Shown here one piece after another: positions 8,073 through 13,528 of a DNA stretch of 13,528 nucleotides. Source of the stretch: Methanobacteriota archaeon (GTDB lineage Archaea; Thermoplasmatota; Thermoplasmata; SG8-5; DAIRED01). How positions within the stretch are numbered: the first letter of the stretch is position 1; each line of letters begins with the position of its first letter. The position numbers and the translations under genes are program-made. Location: the NCBI GenBank assembly GCA_043799545.1, contig JAZDNO010000013.1, forward strand, positions 1-13,528, read 5' to 3'. Under the pieces are notes generated by a model. The model was not told the DNA's origin, did not search any database, and saw only the letters and a list, made by a program, of their open reading frames with translations.

Positions 8073-9334
8073 GCTTGCTCACCCGCAAGATAGCCATGCT
8101 GGGAGCGCTGGCAATCGCGCTCGTCGTCGCCGGGATGTACCTGCAGAGGGGGACGCTGATAGTCCTCTCGCTCGTGCCTTCGGTTTACCTCGCCCTCCTG
8201 GCCGCGTTCCCCAGGCCCGTGTCACTGGACGTCGACGCATCCAGGTCGATCTCCGAGACTCGCGTCGCCTCGGGGCAGAGGCTCACGGTGACGCTCAGGC
8301 TGGCGAACCGCTCGGAGGCCGCCCAGATTGTCGAGGTCGAGGACGCAGTGCCGGATTGCCTCCGGATCGTCTCGGGGAGCCCTTCGTGCCTCGTCAATCT
8401 GGAACCTGGCGAGGTGCGCACTTGCGAGTACGCCGTCGAGGCGACGAAGAGGGGGCGCCACGTACTAGGCCCGCTGAGGCTCAGGTGCGCCGACCCGTCG
8501 GGGGTTAGGGACCTGGAGCGAACGCTGGCAATCATGACGACCGTGACCGCGATAGCTGAGGTCGAGCCGGAGCGCGAGATACGCATCGCCCCGAACCGCA
8601 CGAGAAATTGGGTCGGCCAGATTGTCTCACGCAGGATAGGCATCGGAAGCGAGACCTGGGGGCTCCGCGAGTACGCGCAGGGGGACGAGATGCGCCATAT
8701 CAACTGGAAGGCCACCGCGCGGACCGGACGTTACATCACAAACGAGTACGAAGCGGAGCGAAGCGGCGACGTGACGATAATACTGGACGCGCGGGAAGGC
8801 TCCGGAAAATCGGACTCGCGCAACTCGCCCATCGAGTCGTCGATCAGGGCGGTCTCGACCATCGGGGCGCACGTGCTGATGGCCAAGAACCGCGTCGGCC
8901 TCATAGTCTTCCGCGACTGCCTGGACACCGTGAATCCCGCATTCGGCAAGCGCCAGTTCTACAGGATTTCCGAGAAGCTCCTGGATGTGCGCTCGGCTGG
9001 CACGATGCCCTTCGAGAACGTCTCGTGGCTCGTCACGAAGTACTTCCCCGTCGAGTCGCTGGTCGTCGTCGTGAGCCCGCTGGCAGACGAGGGAATCGTC
9101 AGGGCCATCGCGGACTTCTGCGCGCGCGGCTACGACGTCGTCGTCGTCTCCCCTTCGCCGCTGGTGACTGCCAAATCGCACGGCCTGGACGGCATCGCTT
9201 TCGGCGTGGCCTCCGTAGAGCGCTCGAACATCCTCAGGGAGCTGGCCAGGTACGCCCGCGTCGTCGATTGGAACCCCGACGAACCGCTTGCCACATCGCT
9301 GCGCACGGTCTCGCCCAGGAGGGGCTCCGCATGA
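8069..9334 (+). CDS. DUF58 (vWA-like) protein
   Basis: LREYAQGDEMRHINWKATARTG, VTIILDAR, NRVGLIVF; GTG 8069 overlaps the moxR stop (GTGA) and follows AGGTGA. Confidence 0.92.
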   Translation: MSLLTRKIAMLGALAIALVVAGMYLQRGTLIVLSLVPSVYLALLAAFPRPVSLDVDASRSISETRVASGQRLTVTLRLANRSEAAQIVEVEDAVPDCLRIVSGSPSCLVNLEPGEVRTCEYAVEATKRGRHVLGPLRLRCADPSGVRDLERTLAIMTTVTAIAEVEPEREIRIAPNRTRNWVGQIVSRRIGIGSETWGLREYAQGDEMRHINWKATARTGRYITNEYEAERSGDVTIILDAREGSGKSDSRNSPIESSIRAVSTIGAHVLMAKNRVGLIVFRDCLDTVNPAFGKRQFYRISEKLLDVRSAGTMPFENVSWLVTKYFPVESLVVVVSPLADEGIVRAIADFCARGYDVVVVSPSPLVTAKSHGLDGIAFGVASVERSNILRELARYARVVDWNPDEPLATSLRTVSPRRGSA

Positions 9335-9888
9335 GGGGAACGACCGCTGCAGCGTGGGGATTGCTGTCCGCTCTAGCGGCCTGGGATATCGCAAGTGCGC
9401 TCGGCGGTCCCATCTCAGATTCCATCGCGCTCTGCGCCCTCGCCTTCGTTGCGGCTGCGCCAGCGCTCGTGCGTTGGGAGGTGCGCAACGCCTTGACGTT
9501 GCGCCTCCGCAACTTCCTTGGAAGGGTGGCGCCATATGCATCGGCGGGCCTGCTGGGCGCATCGCACTTTGTCCTGAAGGACCCATCGGGGAGCTCGCTC
9601 ATGTTCTCCGTCATCTACATTGTCGCACTGCTGGCTTTCGCGGAGCTGGCGAGGTGGGCCCGGTACTCCTCGGGGTTCGGAGAGAACGTGGCATCGGGCG
9701 TAGATTCCGCCTGGTCCAGGACGTTCGGTTCGAGGTTCGTCCCGCTGCTGGCGCTCAGCGTCGGGCTGGCAATGGCTGCGGTCGTTCTGGCCGTCGGCCT
9801 GGACGGCACATGGACGGCACTGGCGCTCGCGGTCGGGCTCATAGTGACAATGGCGCTGACTGCGAGGACGGCGGCCCGGGTCGCCTAA
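9331..9888 (+). CDS. Multi-TM hypothetical membrane protein, last gene of the MoxR operon
   Basis: ATGA overlap with the DUF58 stop, GGAGGGG SD, about six hydrophobic segments. Confidence 0.75.
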   Translation: MRGTTAAAWGLLSALAAWDIASALGGPISDSIALCALAFVAAAPALVRWEVRNALTLRLRNFLGRVAPYASAGLLGASHFVLKDPSGSSLMFSVIYIVALLAFAELARWARYSSGFGENVASGVDSAWSRTFGSRFVPLLALSVGLAMAAVVLAVGLDGTWTALALAVGLIVTMALTARTAARVA

Positions 9889-10571
9889 TCCTTCTGCGAT
9901 GGCTTCTGCGCCGGCTCGGGTTCTTCCACGACCTCGGACTCCTCGGCCTTTGAGAGGTATTTGGCTGGCACGTCGGATATCAGAAACACCGTCGTCCCGG
10001 CCTTCTGGATTGTCATCCCGTCCGCGACGGCCTGCTTAGAGTCTATCGCGAGAATCGCCGGGTCTTCGACCCTGACCCTTCCCGCGACGACCGCCGCCTC
10101 GTAGGTCTTGCTGAGGTGGACCATCTTTCTGTCCGCTGGCTTCAGGCCGGTCTCGAGCAGAAGCTCCATCTCCTCCTGGGTGGTCGGATAGTAGAGCACG
10201 TCCGGTATGTCCCTCGTTGGCAGGTCCAGCTTCACCTCAATCGAGTGTGCGTAGGTGGCGCGTATCTTCCCCTCGCGGAACTGGTACCTGCCCTTCGGGT
10301 CCGTCTCGATGACGGCCATGATGTGGTGGGTCTTGAGCCATCGGAACATTCTCTGCCTCGCCTGGACCGCAGTGACGAACTGTTCCAGGTCTATCCAGCC
10401 CTGTTCGTCCATTGTCAGGCCGTACCTCTCGGGGAAGTGCCTGAGCACGCCGGCCATGGTCCTTCCTATCCTGTCCAGCTCCTCCTCGTTCATGAGGAAG
10501 CGTCCCTCGTCCCCGCATACCGGGCAGTCCTCAGCCCTGAAATATCCGTGCGTCCTGCACTCCTTCAGCAT
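9885..10571 (-). CDS. kptA: RNA 2'-phosphotransferase (KptA/Tpt1) with N-terminal zinc ribbon
   Basis: LRHFPERYGL, DPKGRY, IRATYAHSI, LYYPT, RKMVHLS; N-terminal CRTH..CPVC; GGGGGA SD before ATG 10571. Confidence 0.95.
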   Translation of the reverse strand: MLKECRTHGYFRAEDCPVCGDEGRFLMNEEELDRIGRTMAGVLRHFPERYGLTMDEQGWIDLEQFVTAVQARQRMFRWLKTHHIMAVIETDPKGRYQFREGKIRATYAHSIEVKLDLPTRDIPDVLYYPTTQEEMELLLETGLKPADRKMVHLSKTYEAAVVAGRVRVEDPAILAIDSKQAVADGMTIQKAGTTVFLISDVPAKYLSKAEESEVVEEPEPAQKPSQKD

Positions 10572-10646
10572 AAAACATCCCCCTAGCTTCGGGGTGGGAT
10601 GGGGGAGATGGTAAAAAAGCTTTGGCATACGCGATGAGCCGAAACG

Positions 10647-10654
10647 TATATATA
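10647..10654 (+). promoter_or_regulatory. TATA box between divergent kptA and the CxxC-x17-CxxC gene
   Basis: TATATATA in an otherwise GC-rich intergenic region. Confidence 0.55.
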
Positions 10655-10732
10655 CCAGGGACGTACTGACATCCCTTAATACGTGCATCCCAGGGTGCAA
10701 ATCCGAGGAGGGCGCGTATAGAAAGGTATAGA

Positions 10733-10903
10733 ATGAGCGACAGAAAGTATGACCGCGGCTTTGACCGGGGTCCAAGAGAAATGCACACTGTGAAGTGCTC
10801 CGACTGCGGACAAGAGGACCAGGTCCCCTTTAAGCCGAAGGAAGGCAGGCCAGTGTACTGCAAGCAGTGCTTCGAGAAGCACCGCCCACCGCGAAGATAC
10901 TGA
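10733..10903 (+). CDS. CxxC-x17-CxxC zinc-ribbon miniprotein (56 aa; missed by the ORF track)
   Basis: Hand translation: MSDRKYDRGFDRGPREMHTVKCSDCGQEDQVPFKPKEGRPVYCKQCFEKHRPPRRY*. Exact family spacing with VPFKP..GRPVYC. Confidence 0.93.
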   Translation: MSDRKYDRGFDRGPREMHTVKCSDCGQEDQVPFKPKEGRPVYCKQCFEKHRPPRRY

Positions 10904-11044
10904 GCCAAGCCTCAAGCTAGGTAGAGTATCGAAAAACCTTTTCAGATTTACCTTTCCTCGATTTTCAGGGATTCTCTGGGTCATTATGGCATCGTTTTTT
11001 ACCACGGCGAGATTCAGCATCTAAAATTCGCTCACCGTGGAGTC

Positions 11045-11107
11045 GGACTAGCTTCCCGCTGAGTGAATGACAAAAACCGCTAGTCCTTTCCGGGTGGGAG
11101 CCCATCC
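11045..11107. repeat. Hairpin plus inverted copy of the tRNA-Val 3' end
   Basis: GGACTAGC/GCTAGTCC stem (11045-52/11079-86), then TCCGGGTGGG-ag-CCCATCC (11089-11107), the reverse complement of 11131-11147 with a 2-nt insertion. Confidence 0.8.
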
Positions 11108-11133
11108 TCAATACTGGCGAATAAAGAATCGGA

Positions 11134-11207
11134 TGGGCCCACCCGGATTCGAACCGGGGACCTCCGCCTTGTAAAGGCGACGTCATAACCGACTAGACCA
11201 TAGGCCC
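11134..11207 (-). tRNA. tRNA-Val (TAC)
   Basis: GGGCCTA/TGGGCCC acceptor, TCGCC-TTTACAA-GGCGG anticodon arm, CCCGG-TTCGAAT-CCGGG T-arm; TTAAAATA box at 11232-11239. Confidence 0.97.
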
Positions 11208-11254
11208 GCGCGGCGAGGATTGGCCTGAACGTATTTTAACGTTGGCAACGGAAA

Positions 11255-11482
11255 TCAGTGGGTGGAGTACAGCGTGAACCGAACGTTGGTGCCCCGCAAC
11301 GCATCCTGAAGCTTGTCCAGCATCCTGCGGAACGATTCGCCAACGCCCTCGCCCGGACCCGCCTCCAGCACGAAATCGTATTCCCCGATTACCGGCTTCC
11401 AGTCCAGCTCCTCGAGGCGCTTGATGACCTCCGAGGGCTTCGCCCCCTCGCTGCTGAACTCAAGTTTCAGGTAGGTCTTCAC
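11255..11482 (-). CDS. Small conserved-looking hypothetical protein (75 aa)
   Basis: GGTGA SD then GTG: KTYLKLEFSSEGAKPSEVIKRLEELDWKPVIGEYDFV...; from memory it resembles small proteins of Thermoplasmata (not verified). The longer 134-aa call runs through structured non-coding DNA. Confidence 0.75.
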   Translation of the reverse strand: MKTYLKLEFSSEGAKPSEVIKRLEELDWKPVIGEYDFVLEAGPGEGVGESFRRMLDKLQDALRGTNVRFTLYSTH

Positions 11483-11551
11483 GGATTCACCGGGGGTGGA
11501 TTGGCGTGAATGGTAAAAATCTATCGTTTGTGAGGAACATAATGAAACCAT

Positions 11552-11653
11552 TGGCCCGAGAATGTGACGGTAATTGAACTCGGGCCAGACACGGCCTAGC
11601 TCGCAAATTCCATATTGAACACATACCGCTAGGCCTATCCCGACACCCTTTGC
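11552..11653. repeat. Two hairpins plus inverted copy of the tRNA-Gly T-arm and 3' end
   Basis: TGGCCCGAG/CTCGGGCCA (11552-60/11579-87), GGCCTAGC/GCTAGGCC (11593-600/11628-35), then ATCCCGACACCC (11637-48), the reverse complement of 11673-84. Confidence 0.8.
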
Positions 11654-11669
11654 TTTCATGAAAAACCTG

Positions 11670-11743
11670 TGCGGGTGTCGGGATTTGAACCCGAGTTATC
11701 AGCTTGGCAAGCTGAAGTGATAGCCAGACTACACTACACCCGC
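11670..11743 (-). tRNA. tRNA-Gly (GCC)
   Basis: GCGGGTG/CACCCGC acceptor, TCAGC-TTGCCAA-GCTGA anticodon arm, TCGGG-TTCAAAT-CCCGA T-arm, A discriminator, followed by a T-run. Confidence 0.97.
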
Positions 11744-11771
11744 GCTCTGCATATCAAATGTTTTTATCCGC

Positions 11772-11827
11772 GCGGGTTCCCTCGGAAAAGGCTCCCAGAT
11801 TGGCTTCCTTTTCCTCGGTACACCCGC
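11772..11827 (-). ncRNA. Candidate 56-nt structured RNA, unit 1
   Basis: GCGGGT-GTA-CCGAGG-AAAAG-[17 nt]-CTTTT-CCGAGG-GA-ACCCGC; rod hairpin with a tandem G.A pair; covaries with unit 2. Transcription is inferred. Confidence 0.7.
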
Positions 11828-11854
11828 ATTTTGCTTATTAATGCTTTTTGTCAT

Positions 11855-11910
11855 GCGGGTTCTCTCGGGAAAGGTTCGCACATCAGCGGTCTTTCCCTCG
11901 ATACACCCGC
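11855..11910 (-). ncRNA. Candidate 56-nt structured RNA, unit 2
   Basis: GCGGGT-GTA-TCGAGG-GAAAG-[17 nt]-CTTTC-CCGAGA-GA-ACCCGC; TTTAATA box 28-34 nt upstream (11938-11944). Confidence 0.7.
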
Positions 11911-11951
11911 CCTGGCGTTCGGGGAATTATTGCCTCGGTATTAAACGTTTC

Positions 11952-12236
11952 CTACTTCTGCTTCTTCAGCATCTCGTTTATCTCGGCTGAGTTCATATGC
12001 CCCTGGACGTTGATGTCGACATTGGTGACGCCCTCGACCTGCGCCACGGCGCTCTTTATCGCCACGGCGAGCTGGATTCCCATCGGGCAGAACGGGCTCG
12101 TCGGAGTGAAAGTCAAGGAGACCTTTTCCGGCTCGACCTTCAAGTTGGTTATCAGCCCCATCGTGTACACGTCAAGCCCCGTGTGCGGGTCCATCACGGC
12201 CTTCAGCTTCTCCACCACCTTTTCCTCTTTTTCCAT
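11952..12236 (-). CDS. DUF59/MIP18-family iron-sulfur cluster assembly protein
   Basis: VMDPHTGLDVYTMGLI and TPTSPFCPMG motifs; GGAGGTG SD overlapping the valS end. Confidence 0.9.
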   Translation of the reverse strand: MEKEEKVVEKLKAVMDPHTGLDVYTMGLITNLKVEPEKVSLTFTPTSPFCPMGIQLAVAIKSAVAQVEGVTNVDINVQGHMNSAEINEMLKKQK

Positions 12237-12238
12237 AT

Positions 12239-13528
12239 TTACACCTCCACCAGTACCGTCAATCCTCGAATCGAAACCGAATTCACCATCTTGCCATGAG
12301 ACTTCAGCCCCTTCTCGATTTTCACGTCGCCCTTGGAAATTTCAGCCTGCGTGCCGTCGTCGAACGTGAGCAGTAGGTGTCCAGATTCCAGGGCCTTGGC
12401 CGCGTCCTCGACGGGCATGCCTGCCAATGCATCGTAGACTTCTTTGGCTTTTCCCCTGAATTTCGGACCGAGCGTCGCCTTGTTGGGCTTCACAGCCGTC
12501 GGTACCTCTTCCACAACCGAATCCTGGGTTATCACCAGGCGATTTATCTTCAGCGTCCCAACGATGTCGTCCTCGCAGCCCAGAAGGGCCGATGAGCCCT
12601 CGCCGGAAATCTCGATGGCGGCCAGCTCCGCGTTGAGGGCCATCCGGTTGTCCGACTTCCACGATCTCACGCCCGCGATGACGTCCCGCAGCAGATCGCC
12701 GCGCTCCTCCTCCTCGTCGTCGAAGAGCGCTGGCTCTGGCCACGGCGCGGTCGTGATGCTGAGCCACGGCTCAGTCTGGATGAAGTGCGAGTGGTAAATC
12801 TCCTCGGCGATGTGGGGCATTATCGGGGCGAGCATCCTCAGGACGCCCAGCGAAACCGTGTAGAGCGCGTACTGGACCCCCTTGTCACCCGCAGCCATCC
12901 GGTGCTTCGCCATCTCGAGGTAATGGTCCGCGAACTCGTGCCACAGGAACTGCTCGACTGCGCGGAGCGCCGCGTCGAACTGGCAGTCCTCCATCGCCTT
13001 CGTCGCCGCCTCCACGGTCCGGCTGTACTTGGAGAGAATCCATAGGTCTGCCGGCTTGAGGTCTTCCGCCGTCGCCCCCGGCTTACCCTTCACGCTTATC
13101 CCGACGAACTTGCAAACGTTCCAGAGCTTGTTGCATAGCTTCTGGCCGTGGACGACCTCCTTCACCTGGAAGGCCTGATCGACGCCGAGGGTGCACGTGG
13201 CGGCGAAGTAGCGCATCGCGTCCGCCCCGTACTGCTCCAGCAGCGGGATGGGGTCTATGATGTTGCCCAGCGAGGTGTGCATCGGCGTGCCGTCCGGAGC
13301 CATGATGAAACCGGAAATCATCGTCTCGCCCCAAGGCCTTTTTCCGGTTATCTGGAGGCATCGGAGTATCGTGTAGAACGTCCAGGTGCGGATGATCTCG
13401 TGGCTCTGGGGACGGATGTCCTCCTCGCCAGCGAAGCCGCCGGGGACGTCGCGCTGCTCGGCGGTGCAGCCGGGGGGTGTCAGTCATCGGGTCGATGGGG
13501 AGCTGGTCGATCGATGGCAGGATCGGGT
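12239..13528 (-). CDS. valS: Valyl-tRNA synthetase, 3' part (archaeal type); frameshifted near 13478 and apparently missing an internal segment
   Basis: The frame extends upstream of the called ATG through RPQSHEIIRTWTFYTILR; GNIIDP..YGADAMR, KLCNKLWNV, FLWHEFADHYLE and the anticodon-binding tail are present. LPIDPMTD lies in a different frame upstream of 13478. Confidence 0.9.

Noticed and set aside
8627-9586. Long alternative ORFs (319 aa here; also 1982-2830, 2304-3110, 4707-5483, 7089-7973, 8608-9330)
   Set aside because: Shadow frames of GC-rich genes; Arg/Pro/Gly-rich or motif-free and fully overlapping well-supported CDSs.
10630-10646. CGCGATGAGCCGAAAC resembles a hammerhead core (CUGANGA..GAAA)
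   Set aside because: CUGA is not intact, there is no room for stem II, and I found no flanking stems I/III.
11057-11070. CTGA followed by GTGAATGA (box D/C-like) in the Val-associated loop
   Set aside because: Boxes are adjacent and imperfect, and absent from the homologous Gly loop.
11491-11520. GGGGGTG...AATGGTAAAA looks like a tRNA 5' half that could pair with CACCCTT at 11644-50
   Set aside because: Only 5 Watson-Crick pairs, no D-stem, and it is explained as the promoter/leader of the 75-aa gene.
11772-11910. CRISPR or TIGR array; box C/D or H/ACA guide
   Set aside because: Only two units; no cas or Nop-domain gene in the window; no C/D boxes or terminal ACA; the G.A tandem is 2 bp away from the bulge, so it is not a canonical K-turn.
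11933-11940. Third CCTCGGTA word matching unit 1
   Set aside because: Only 8 nt, without GCGGGT/ACCCGC arms, and it overlaps the putative promoter; at most a decayed remnant.
11669-11944. 91-aa ORF on +, and ORFs 2977-3381, 2911-3123 and 10965-11186
   Set aside because: They run across tRNA genes or the structured repeats; translations are tRNA-derived artefacts.
13083-13487. 134-aa ORF as a separate gene
   Set aside because: It is the out-of-frame continuation of valS caused by the frameshift near 13478.

Overview
GC-rich archaeal chromosomal segment, probably Thermoplasmatota (inferred from GGTGA/GGAGG Shine-Dalgarno sites, TATA-type promoters, tRNA genes without encoded CCA, archaeal-type ValRS and KptA). 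The protein content is mostly housekeeping: two tandem MscS-like genes, a YdjG-like double zinc-ribbon protein, a wHTH protein, parvulin, a crotonase, a five-gene DUF4129/MoxR/DUF58 operon, KptA, a CxxC-x17-CxxC miniprotein, a DUF59/MIP18 protein and the 3' part of valS, which shows a frameshift and an apparent internal deletion. The unusual signal is non-coding: each of the three tRNA genes (Asn-GTT, Val-TAC, Gly-GCC) is flanked by structured partial copies of itself. (i) Two 56-nt hairpins upstream of tRNA-Gly have tRNA-Gly-like ends, only compensatory arm substitutions and a variable core of exactly 17 nt. (ii) Downstream of both tRNA-Val and tRNA-Gly lies the same covarying hairpin (GGnCTAGC...GCTAGnCC), fused in the same register to an inverted copy of the cognate tRNA 3' end. 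(iii) A promoter-plus-tRNA-Asn degenerate duplicate lies upstream of tRNA-Asn. No function can be established from the sequence alone.
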